NCBI GenBank assembly: GCA_016699085.1
Contig: CP064958.1
Span: 196,141 to 260,140, forward strand
Reading direction: 5' to 3'
Source of the DNA: Candidatus Nomurabacteria bacterium
Lineage (GTDB): Bacteria; Patescibacteriota; Minisyncoccia; Phycocordibacterales; UBA9973
Length of the DNA stretch: 64,000 nucleotides
Both the position numbers and the translations under genes were made by a program. How positions within the stretch are numbered: position 1 is the first letter of the stretch; each line of letters opens with the position of its first letter. Shown one piece after another: positions 56,701 to 64,000 of the stretch. Under the pieces are notes generated by a model, which made no database searches, was not told the origin of the DNA, and worked only from the letters and a program-made list of their open reading frames with translations.

Positions 56701-57597
56701 CATCAGTCCTCCTAACCCAGTTTCAGCACCAGGCTTGGGTGAAATACCCGTTGGGTGATTGTGAGTTTCAGCTTTCATAACTGCGTCCATATCGGTCATT
56801 AAATACTCAAATGGATGCATGTTATTTTTCTCTACAGGAAGCAAGTGAGGAACCTGGAATCCTCGAATTGCACTTGCGTTATCATGAAATGCAATAACTG
56901 ATTTTCCTGGATTTATTTTCCACGAAGCTTTTACTACATTCATAAGAGGCTCATGGCCAACACCGTCAATTCTATGAATACTCGTGAAATGTGGATGTTT
57001 AGAATGTTCAGTATAACCATAGAGTGGCGTCATAACTTCCAATATTCTCGCATTTCTTTTTTCTTCGTTCACAAAATAGTCATACCAATATTCTGCCACT
57101 ACTTGCTTCATACCCAGATCAGTAAGATTCTTGATTCCATCACTTTTTCGAATTCCCAAAAGCTTTATTTCTTCTGGAAATGAAATGTAGGATGTGCCAA
57201 TTTCTTCAGCAAAAATTGCTTCAGCTTCATAGACACACTCCTGCATGGAGTCGAAATCAGGAAGTGTTTCAAGGAAATTTTCTGTTGATATGTTCACGTC
57301 AACAAAATAGCGTCTGGCTTCTTCGCATCGCAATACACCATCAATACCAATGTGTCCAAACTGACGCAATGCTTTAGATGACCGAGGTGATGCATATTCA
57401 AGGATTGGACGAATTTCAACAACTCGCTTACCTTCTCTAATTTGAGCAGGTACGTAACTTACGGGGTAAAGACCGTGTTGTGAAAAGTGTAATCGCTCTA
57501 ATGTTTGCAGATTATTTTCAGTAAAATTTTCGTTAACATGAAGTATGAAGCATACTTCATGTGTACGGCGTAGAGAATACATTCTAATCGTTTTCAT
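53764..57597 (-). CDS. purL: Phosphoribosylformylglycinamidine (FGAM) synthase, large single-chain form with C-terminal glutaminase domain
   Basis: 1277 aa. C-terminal class-I GATase GVCNGNQAFSLL. KVAILFEEGSNGVPEMAAYLKAGGL. Central AIR-synthase-related domains. Confidence 0.85.
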   Translation of the reverse strand: MKTIRMYSLRRTHEVCFILHVNENFTENNLQTLERLHFSQHGLYPVSYVPAQIREGKRVVEIRPILEYASPRSSKALRQFGHIGIDGVLRCEEARRYFVDVNISTENFLETLPDFDSMQECVYEAEAIFAEEIGTSYISFPEEIKLLGIRKSDGIKNLTDLGMKQVVAEYWYDYFVNEEKRNARILEVMTPLYGYTEHSKHPHFTSIHRIDGVGHEPLMNVVKASWKINPGKSVIAFHDNASAIRGFQVPHLLPVEKNNMHPFEYLMTDMDAVMKAETHNHPTGISPKPGAETGLGGLMRDVYINGQGGFLFGSFNILGVGALDLGDYVIPGQGLNLVYPKTCARPFPILSQGSDGICDYGNPHGTPGIAGSLSSSIFILPDGKRWENLKPVVYVGGVGIMPHDNIKKSNPEPGMLIIGIGGPVYPIGFGGGLASSLAHGTQSEDKDKNSVQRGDALMARNVHDLIVSCVNLRIVSGQQIIDLANDQGAAGICNALLEAIGSVGGEVDLSKVHVGADMSNTQKWLCESQERFILIIKKQNLNALNVLGRQTGIVPEILGEIVDTGRIKMIDGVTGQTLMDMRLSAFDRAEEKVIVASRIDQSRREFVPPSDLSLKKALEITFAQLAVGSKRWIVNKMDQTVGGRTVQHQFSGPLGMTVNDCAIIKMSVHPDDYSGICLGIGYKPNTLLADAEGGSIQTIVEALSNLIAGAPSSLELSDIAFLVNEMYSTGDPDENERMYRSVKIVSEFLIACGLHINGGKDSLKMKTKVMEEFVKSLDTLAMVAYAAVPDVRSAMTPYVKNPGKSMIGLVDFAAGDISLAGSALAQAHGEIGKTYPKVDPKQFMQGLRFVMELKRRKLITACHDRVGDGLLIALTEMLVAGCSGGQTYSNRENEFLKFAFSEAPGMLVEYTEESFDEIERQVRIYGVSFNTICITDSEDTNLYVNQNASSESFTTTELLQMIERTSSEINKSKIGPALAMTEFEVLTKEKSPTPYVVPFTSYSRQRHGTDPKVAILFEEGSNGVPEMAAYLKAGGLHPHSVSMDMLRNKQATLDDFRMTAWVGGWSFGDVFGSAVGWVAGIVEHPVLFAEVTRHFARLDVMGLGVCNGNQAFSLLDRYLHFMFPSIPLDERPRLLHNISGKFEAREPTVSFLKSNSPWLVGFEGAKLPIPVAHGEGKYTFKDVQCAEKFRDKGLSPIRFVDHNGQLTETYPDNPNGSPYGFAGCVSEDGRFLGLMPHPERALSMLNFSWKEGYAKGMKVSPYIKLVENARQWLVSHM

Positions 57598-57689
57598 GGG
57601 CTGTTATTTAGTTTAAAATATACGCTTTGTTTCCAAACTACAGTAATAAAATACCGCTGTCAACGACAGCGGTATTTTATTACTTTTTC

Positions 57690-58426
57690 TTATTTTACAT
57701 ACTTCTGGAACAACTCAGGCAGAGGCGCTTGGACAGATAGTTGCTCACCATCAGGTTTGGTAAAGGTGAGTACGTACGCATGGAGCGCCAGGCGGTCAAA
57801 ACCAAGCATGTAGGGCTTCTTGGAAGCATAGAGACTATCTCCAACGATAGGATGATTCCTGTACGCCAGATGCACACGGATCTGGTGCGTGCGACCTGTC
57901 TTCGGATGGACCTCGAGATAGCTAAATGCCGTATCTGCTTCTTCAAAGTAGCGAAGGACATAGAATTGCGTAACCGCATCACGAGTCTCTCCTCTAATAC
58001 CTCGCCCTGCATGCCACTTACGAAAGTCACTAGCACTTCTGCCGATCGGAGCAGTGATCGTGCCACTTGAGTCTTTCATGGTACCCCACGCTATCGCATG
58101 GTAAGTTTTTTTGATTTTGTGTTCTTGAAATTGTTTTTTAATGAAAAGAAATGTTGGCTGATCTTTTGCAATCAAAAGTACACCTGAAGTTTCTTTGTCG
58201 AGCCGATGGACGATACCTGGCCGTGGCACCTTAATCACTTCACCCTTTAGTGTCATTTCGACTGGTTCGCCAATAGTTTCCAATTCTGGATACACTTCCA
58301 AAATATACTCGGACAGAGTTTTTTCTTTTGATCTACCATCGCCGTGCACCATGAGCCCCGAAGGCTTATTGATGACGAAGAGGTGTTCATCTTCGTAGAG
58401 TATGCTTTTTTTGAGATTGAATTTCA
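57690..58426 (-). CDS. RluA-family pseudouridine synthase
   Basis: HRLDKETSGVLLIAK catalytic-Asp motif. ORF trimmed to the GTG start (VKFNLKK) just 3' of tRNA-Val. Confidence 0.75.
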
Positions 58427-58431
58427 CGCTG

Positions 58432-58504
58432 TGCGCGATGAGGGACTCGAACCCCCGACCTTCCCAGTGTAAATGGGTTGCTCTACCAACTGAGCTAATC
58501 GCGC
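58432..58504 (-). tRNA. tRNA-Val (TAC)
   Basis: Minus-sense GCGCGATTAGCTCAGTTGGTAGAGCAACCCATTTACACTGGGAAGGTCGGGGGTTCGAGTCCCTCATCGCGCA. Confidence 0.8.
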
Positions 58505-58651
58505 ATATATTCATACTTTCATGGTCACAACTCTCGATTCGCCGTCGCTCATCTCGGTCACGACCCTGCCTCGCGGTTTTATCTGCTGATAAAACATCGT
58601 TCCGGCTCACAAAGCCGCAAAATTGCCATGCAATTTTAAAATTCGGCTTTG

Positions 58652-58723
58652 TGCCCCTGGTAGGAATCGAACCTACATCGACGGCTTAGAAGTCCGCAGT
58701 TCTATCCATTGAACTACAGGGGC
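58652..58723 (-). tRNA. tRNA-Arg (TCT)
   Basis: Minus-sense GCCCCTGTAGTTCAATGGATAGAACTGCGGACTTCTAAGCCGTCGATGTAGGTTCGATTCCTACCAGGGGCA. There is one A-G mismatch at the base of the anticodon stem. Confidence 0.75.
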
Positions 58724-58795
58724 AATGCAGGACGAGGCAGTAGAAACATTATCGAAAAGCTTCTAGACTATAGCAGTCAAAATTCGCTTGGTCAA

Positions 58796-59098
58796 TTATT
58801 TAGCTGGATCAGGCAGTATGACAGTCGAAGTTTCTATCGCTTTGGTTTTTTCTGCGCGCTTGGCAAAAAATGAGAGTACTTGTTCGAGCTCGTTGCGCTT
58901 AATAATGTCTATTGGCACTGTTTCTTCTGGTGCCTTAGTCAAAAAGTAATCATTGCTAATTCGAACAAAATAAAGTGCGCTCAATGCCAATATGATAAGA
59001 AAAGCGACAGCACAGCCACCTATCATCAAAAGCCATGATGAAAAATGATGTTTTTTTGAATGAGTATTTCTTTTGAAATGTGGAAATGTAATAGACAT
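58796..59098 (-). CDS. Small membrane protein downstream of pilO
   Basis: 100 aa with a single TM segment. Confidence 0.35.
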   Translation of the reverse strand: MSITFPHFKRNTHSKKHHFSSWLLMIGGCAVAFLIILALSALYFVRISNDYFLTKAPEETVPIDIIKRNELEQVLSFFAKRAEKTKAIETSTVILPDPAK

Positions 59099-59099
59099 A

Positions 59100-59639
59100 T
59101 TATTTTGATACGTAGCTTGTTAATTCAATTTGAATATCAGCCTCCCACAATTTTGAAGGATTTTCTGGTGTCGATGCTGGGTCGTCTCGTGTGGCAAGGG
59201 AAAGAGTTTTTACTTCTGTCGCATACGGCACTTGTTCAATGAGCTGAAGAAAACGAAATACGTTCCCAAAATCTCCTACTGATGATAGAGCAACAGACAA
59301 TTTCTTATCCTCCGTATTCTGTATGACAGAAGAAATTTTTACATCAGTACCAGATGTAGCACCTAATGCTTCGAGATTTTCCAGAAAAATAACAATGGTA
59401 TCATCAGTGACAAAGTATGAGGATAATGTCTGACGATCTTCTTCACTTGTTGAGATAGTTTTCTTCAGGGTAACTAATTCTTGGTTTTTCTCTTCGGCTT
59501 TATCAACCTCAGCGAGAATAGTACTTGTTTCTTCGACAACTGATGTAATCGTGAAATACATAAAGAAATACCCGAGACCACCAACACAAAAGAGTGCTAT
59601 TGCAATACAAAATAGAAGAATGTTTTTTTTGATTTGCAT
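59100..59639 (-). CDS. pilO: Type IV pilus assembly protein PilO-like
   Basis: Single N-terminal TM and a coiled-coil region. Position after pilM-pilN. Confidence 0.5.
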   Translation of the reverse strand: MQIKKNILLFCIAIALFCVGGLGYFFMYFTITSVVEETSTILAEVDKAEEKNQELVTLKKTISTSEEDRQTLSSYFVTDDTIVIFLENLEALGATSGTDVKISSVIQNTEDKKLSVALSSVGDFGNVFRFLQLIEQVPYATEVKTLSLATRDDPASTPENPSKLWEADIQIELTSYVSK

Positions 59640-59640
59640 A

Positions 59641-60177
59641 CTATTCTTTGACAGAGAAACTGATAGTGTATGGAATATTTTTGCCAGAGACATACTCAGA
59701 CAAAGGTACAGAAACATCTTGTATATGTGGCAATTGCTCTAACGCCTGGGTAAATGATAGCAACGTTGCTCTGTTTTCGGATACACCAGTAATTTGGACA
59801 ACTGTTCCTTCTTTTTCTTTGGTTATAGCCATAGACGAAATCACAAGAAGTGGAGGTTTAGTCATAACGACGGGCTCGACAATCTCCTCACTATACAGAT
59901 GACTATCATCAGGCGAGCCAATCTTCTGCACTTTTGCATTAATATCATTGATGATTGTATTTAATGTTTCATCATTCTTGAAACCTTCGGATGATTTGAT
60001 GGCATCTAGTTTGCCTTGCGCAATATCACGTTTTGTCTCTGCAATCATATATGATGGCAACAAAAGCAAAATACCTACAATGCAAAGTGTTGTGAGGAGC
60101 ATCAGCGCAACAGAAAGCATACGGAATGTATGTCCGCGTTTGATGCGCTGCTTTTCTTCTGGAATTAAAAGATTAAT
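59641..60177 (-). CDS. pilN: Type IV pilus assembly protein PilN
   Basis: MINLLIPEEK start, single TM, periplasmic domain. Translationally coupled to pilM. Confidence 0.6.
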   Translation of the reverse strand: MNLLIPEEKQRIKRGHTFRMLSVALMLLTTLCIVGILLLLPSYMIAETKRDIAQGKLDAIKSSEGFKNDETLNTIINDINAKVQKIGSPDDSHLYSEEIVEPVVMTKPPLLVISSMAITKEKEGTVVQITGVSENRATLLSFTQALEQLPHIQDVSVPLSEYVSGKNIPYTISFSVKE

Positions 60178-61255
60178 CATTTTCGAAATGACCGAGTACA
60201 AGCCCGATCGCTGTTGCGTAGCCCAAAGCTTCGCGCTTATTCATGTCAGGTACTTCATCGGTATAGCCATCAACATTAATCCATGTATTCCCGAGTTCAA
60301 CCGGAAATCGCAAACTCTGACTCAAGTAGTCTCCGACCCCATACATGTTGGCATTGCCGCCACAGAGGAAAATCTTCTGGATAGGACTCCGATCACCACC
60401 ATTATCATCTTTGTGGGTTTGCCAGTATATAAAGTGTTTATTGATTTCATCACGCAACACACCGACACCATCAGTCATAATTTTGAACAATTCTTGACTA
60501 GACTGACTACTCTCTAAACTAAATGTTCGCTTCATTTTTTCTGCTTCTTCAAAAGGTATTGAGTATTTTTTCTCAATCATTTTAGTAATAGCATAGCCAC
60601 CGATTTCAACTGTTGAACTAAAGAGCGTGACGCCGTTGGCAACGATTGAGATACCCGTCCTGGTTTCACCGAAATCCACTATCATATAAGTATTAAGGTC
60701 GCCCTTTTTAATAAGTGCGCGGGCAAGTGCCGTACCTTCTAACTCAAAGGATAATGGGTATAATCCCGCTTCTGCAAACACATCCATATAGTTTTGAATA
60801 AGGACTGTTTGTGCTGCACAGACTTGGACATTGTAAGCATTACCTGTTTGAGAAATAACAGCAAAATCAAAAGTTGCTTCGGCCGCTGCGATAGGAATAT
60901 GCTCTTCGAGTGAAAATTCAATAGTATTTCGTAGCTCTTTTTCAGTCACATCAGTAAGTGTCAATCGAAAAGAATACACCTGCTCTTCAGGTAATGACAC
61001 TCGCACGTAAGAAATATTCTTATCTTTTTTAAGTGCCGCCAAAATCGGCACTAATTTCTCTTGGTCAACAATCTTTCCTGAAGCAATAATCCCAAGCGGG
61101 ATCGACACATGGCCGTAGTGTCCTAAAACCAAACCGCGCGGCTTGGCTACAAGCTCGACAAATTTTATCGATTGATCTGACACGTCGAGCCCGATAGCCG
61201 GCAATGTGATGTATGCCGGTTCAGGAAATAATCGTAATAGTGATTTGGTACTCAT
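60173..61255 (-). CDS. pilM: Type IV pilus assembly protein PilM (actin-like ATPase fold)
   Basis: AIGLDVSDQSIKFVEL..., MIVDFGETRTGISIV, and overall 360-aa PilM architecture. Confidence 0.75.
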   Translation of the reverse strand: MSTKSLLRLFPEPAYITLPAIGLDVSDQSIKFVELVAKPRGLVLGHYGHVSIPLGIIASGKIVDQEKLVPILAALKKDKNISYVRVSLPEEQVYSFRLTLTDVTEKELRNTIEFSLEEHIPIAAAEATFDFAVISQTGNAYNVQVCAAQTVLIQNYMDVFAEAGLYPLSFELEGTALARALIKKGDLNTYMIVDFGETRTGISIVANGVTLFSSTVEIGGYAITKMIEKKYSIPFEEAEKMKRTFSLESSQSSQELFKIMTDGVGVLRDEINKHFIYWQTHKDDNGGDRSPIQKIFLCGGNANMYGVGDYLSQSLRFPVELGNTWINVDGYTDEVPDMNKREALGYATAIGLVLGHFEND

Positions 61256-61295
61256 CGTATACTAGTATACGTGATTTCAATAAATACCGAAAGAC

Positions 61296-61634
61296 TTATT
61301 GAGCTTTTGTGCCTGGTGGAATCGTTTGATTTGGTTCAAGTAGTGAGAATGCACCATCTCCAGTCGAGAGTGCGAATAACATACCGTTTGATTCATGACC
61401 TTTGATCAAGCGAGGTTCCAAATTTGTCACAAACATACAGGTTTTGCCCACAAGCATACCTGGATCAGGAAAATACATCGCTATACCTGAGATAATTTGC
61501 CGAACACCTAGTCCTTCCCCACTACCAAAATCTACCGATAGCTTCAGTAGCTTATCAGTATCAGGAATCTTCTCCGCACTTAGAACTTTGCCTGCTCGAA
61601 TTTCTACTTTTGCAAAATCATCGTAGGTAATCAT
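61296..61634 (-). CDS. tRNA-binding domain protein (CsaA/Trbp111/EMAP-like OB fold)
   Basis: DFAKVEIRAGKVLSAEKIPDTDKLLKLSVDFG...RQIISGI. Confidence 0.7.
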   Translation of the reverse strand: MITYDDFAKVEIRAGKVLSAEKIPDTDKLLKLSVDFGSGEGLGVRQIISGIAMYFPDPGMLVGKTCMFVTNLEPRLIKGHESNGMLFALSTGDGAFSLLEPNQTIPPGTKAQ

Positions 61635-61658
61635 AGGATAGTAAATAGTTAATACATT

Positions 61659-62081
61659 TTAAAGATTAATTTTATCTAAATATCGCTGCAAAATAAGTGC
61701 AGCGGCCTTATCATCTGTTGGTCGTTGTTTTTCTTGCTTATTCTTTCGCGCATGCAAGCTTTTCTTCCCTTCTAAACTTCGTCTTGCTTCAACTGACGTA
61801 AAAGACTCATTCATGAGTATAACCTTTCCACCGACAGCATCCTCCAAAATTTTTTTGAATTCTACAATAACATGCATGACAGTATTTTCTTCACCTTTGG
61901 TATCTACTGATGAACCGAGAACAATATCCTTGCCATTAGTCTCGTCAATAATGGTAACAATTTCTACAAGAGCACTTGGAGTATTTTGAATAATTCTAAA
62001 TGGAAAAGCAATCCTGCCACCTTCGTCAGAGACTGCAATGCCTATTCGTTTTGTACCATAGTCGATACCAAGATATTTCAT
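61659..62081 (-). CDS. ruvX: Holliday-junction resolvase-like YqgF/RuvX
   Basis: MKYLGIDYGTKRIGIAVSD...ILMNESFTSVEA. Confidence 0.85.
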   Translation of the reverse strand: MKYLGIDYGTKRIGIAVSDEGGRIAFPFRIIQNTPSALVEIVTIIDETNGKDIVLGSSVDTKGEENTVMHVIVEFKKILEDAVGGKVILMNESFTSVEARRSLEGKKSLHARKNKQEKQRPTDDKAAALILQRYLDKINL

Positions 62082-62084
62082 TTG

Positions 62085-62171
62085 CGGAGGCGGTGAGATT
62101 CGAACTCACGATGCAGTTTCCCACATGACAGTTTTCAAGACTGTTGCCTTCAACCACTCAGCCACGCCTCC
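62085..62171 (-). tRNA. tRNA-Ser (TGA)
   Basis: Minus-sense GGAGGCGTGGCTGAGTGGTTGAAGGCAACAGTCTTGAAAACTGTC...long variable arm...GTTCGAATCTCACCGCCTCCG. Confidence 0.85.
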
Positions 62172-62290
62172 GTAATGTATTCCCACCTTACCTTAAAACA
62201 GCTTTTTTTTCAATGATTGTTTGCCCTAAACCACAAATTACAGGGGCATTTTATTGCTCTTATCACAAAAACCTATATGATACGTAATAT

Positions 62291-62872
62291 ATGACGAAGT
62301 GGCTAGATAATACCGAATCTGGAGATGACCCACAGGAGCTTTTGCGTAGAGCAAAAGCAGGCGACGAAGAGTCGTATGGCTTACTCTATAAGCTGTATTA
62401 CACTCCTATATATCGTTACCTATTTTTTAGGACGAAAGACAAGACTGAAGCAGAAGACCTAACGCAGGGTGTTTTTGTGAAAGTTTTCCAGGCACTCCCT
62501 AATGTTGAAGCAGGCATGAAGGAGCCAATTGCCTATTTTTATACCGTCGCGAGGAATATGCTCATCGACCATTACCGTAAACAGAAAGTGCGCCAGACAG
62601 TAAGTGAGGACGATATGGAAGATGTTCCCGACACCCGAGAAGATATTGCAGTGTCACTTGACATCATATTTACAACCGATAAAGTAAAGGAGACGTTGAA
62701 ATCTCTTACTGCCGAGCAACAAGAAGTTATTATATTAAAATTTGTGAACGAGCTCTCTAATAAAGAAATCGCTACTGTGCTCGGTAAAAACGAAGACGCA
62801 GTTCGTCAGCTTCAATCTCGTGCACTAAAACTTCTCCGACAAAAATTATTGTATTTACGTGAAAGTATGTAA
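62291..62872 (+). CDS. ECF-type RNA polymerase sigma-70 factor
   Basis: Region 2 (YKLYYTPIYRYLFFRT...EDLTQGVFVKV) and region 4 HTH (LSNKEIATVLGKNEDAVRQLQSRALKKL). Confidence 0.85.
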   Translation: MTKWLDNTESGDDPQELLRRAKAGDEESYGLLYKLYYTPIYRYLFFRTKDKTEAEDLTQGVFVKVFQALPNVEAGMKEPIAYFYTVARNMLIDHYRKQKVRQTVSEDDMEDVPDTREDIAVSLDIIFTTDKVKETLKSLTAEQQEVIILKFVNELSNKEIATVLGKNEDAVRQLQSRALKLLRQKLLYLRESM

Positions 62873-62879
62873 AATTTTT

Positions 62880-63395
62880 ATGAAAGACACCAGCCTACAA
62901 CATATAGAAAACTTTACTCATGCGCGCGGCGCCGGTACTTCAGCTCGGGAATTTTTAAATAAGCTCACCCTGGAAGAACAGCAAGAATTGTGCGACACGA
63001 TACTTTTTATTGAAGCTTTACAACAAGAGCGAGACAGTCTTGATGCCAAAGCCACGTTCAGTAAAGTATTCGCTACACTGCCTACACCAGCACAAGTACA
63101 CACAACAACAGCAAAAACTGCACCTAAAAAACGTTCAGTATCATGGTCCTTTATTGGCATGTTCGCTATCCCTGGTGCATTTATTGCTCTTATTGTCTTT
63201 ATTTCCAACACATCGTTAATGAACCTTTCTTTATCAAAAAGTATCCGGGGTGACGTTGCCGCCGTTAATACTATTGTTGTAAGCACCGATATAGATACTA
63301 GTTTATTCAATGAGGAAGACATGGCAAACAAGGCTGCTATTGAAACTGACTATAGCAATGACTTTACTGCAACATATTATGATGATGAACTCTAA
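62880..63395 (+). CDS. Putative membrane-anchored anti-sigma factor
   Basis: Immediately downstream of, and overlapping, the ECF sigma gene. Cytoplasmic N-terminal domain, single TM (FIGMFAIPGAFIALIVFI), external C-terminus. Confidence 0.45.
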   Translation: MKDTSLQHIENFTHARGAGTSAREFLNKLTLEEQQELCDTILFIEALQQERDSLDAKATFSKVFATLPTPAQVHTTTAKTAPKKRSVSWSFIGMFAIPGAFIALIVFISNTSLMNLSLSKSIRGDVAAVNTIVVSTDIDTSLFNEEDMANKAAIETDYSNDFTATYYDDEL

Positions 63396-64000
63396 ACAAT
63401 TCGCTACAGCATTTCTCGTATTGGCAGTAAGTGTCGGGCAATTTGCTTTTGTTCCTAATGCTTTTGCTGTGAATGAAGCAACGTTTTGCACGAACATTGA
63501 TGCAGCAATAACTAAAATCAAAACAACATTTGACGAACGACAAGCTCAATTCCAAGCAAAGGAGAAAGGTCAGCTCAGTACTCTTCAAGCAAGGTGGACT
63601 GACATAGACCAGAAACGAAGCAACGATAACAGTGCTACAGATAAGAAACGTGACGAAGTATTTGCAAAACTTGAAGCAAAAGTGGTGACAGAAGAACAGC
63701 GCACTGCGGTAACAATATTTGAAACAGCGATCCGATCCGCGGTAAATGCCCACCGCACGAGTATTAGAGAGGCAGTAGCAATGCACCGCGCGAGTGTGAC
63801 CAAACTTCTTACAGATGCTGCTACTCCAAACGATAAGTTGGTCAACAATTTAAAAAATGATTTTGATACAGCAATCCGTAAAGCTAAAGCAGACTGTGCC
63901 AATGGTATTGCACCTCAAACAATAAAAAATGAGTTACGCGATAGTTTAAAAATTGCCAAAGAATCACTCCAACAAAATATCAAAAATGATACTATAAATA
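63387..64000 (+). CDS. Secreted helical protein, partial (runs off the window end)
   Basis: MMMNSKQFATAFLVLAVSVGQFAFVPNAFA signal peptide, then an open frame to the window edge. Confidence 0.4.

Noticed and set aside
58402-58689. 95-aa plus-strand ORF, and the 60-aa N-terminal extension of the 57690-58610 ORF
   Set aside because: Both are translations across tRNA-Val/tRNA-Arg (e.g. SSVGRATHLHWEGRGFESL is the classic tRNA-derived peptide artefact). The rluA-family gene was trimmed to a GTG start at 58426.
1-64000. Search for integrase, transposase, CRISPR arrays, restriction-modification or toxin-antitoxin genes
   Set aside because: No tyrosine/serine recombinase motifs, DDE transposase motifs, or regularly spaced short repeats with unique spacers were seen in any frame. 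The only mobile-element-like signatures are the tRNA-His-associated repeats, reported as findings.

Overview
This 64 kb window is AT-rich and densely coded, mostly on the minus strand. Several traits resemble a reduced-genome, CPR/Patescibacteria-like bacterium: a minimal pyruvate kinase, type IV pilus PilMNO genes, and many small secreted or membrane proteins. I cannot confirm the lineage from sequence alone.

Housekeeping genes recognised:
- ileS, preceded by a T-box leader
- argS
- a thymidylate cluster (glyA, dut, large ThyX-like gene, dCTP-deaminase-like gene, DNPH1-like gene)
- rplK, nusG, secE
- FKBP, an FtsEX-like ABC pair next to an M23 peptidase, a P-type ATPase
- eno, pyk, gpmA and a 2-hydroxyacid dehydrogenase
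- PduO-type adenosyltransferase, VKOR, PCD, rplS, a single large purL, rluA-family pseudouridine synthase
- pilM, pilN, pilO, ruvX, and an ECF sigma/anti-sigma pair
- five tRNAs: His, Leu, Val, Arg, Ser

The most unusual locus is next to tRNA-His. It holds a 459-aa gene whose N-terminal half carries the motifs of a tRNA-dependent cyclodipeptide synthase (CDPS) and whose C-terminal half is a type-2 periplasmic-binding (SBP_bac_3) fold. It is surrounded by two repeat families that carry copies of the tRNA-His 3' end, and by a decayed duplicate of the 3' end of a GH18 hydrolase gene.

Other notable features:
- a histidine-phosphatase (RHG) domain inserted inside IleRS
- a ThyX-like tandem pseudo-dimer with complementary motif loss in its two halves
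- a pyruvate kinase lacking its B and C domains
- a Bacteroidetes-type T9SS C-terminal sorting domain on a secreted beta-propeller protein
- a K+-channel-like protein with a TVGAGG selectivity filter
- tandem paralogous FN3-esterases

No integrase, transposase or CRISPR array was seen.
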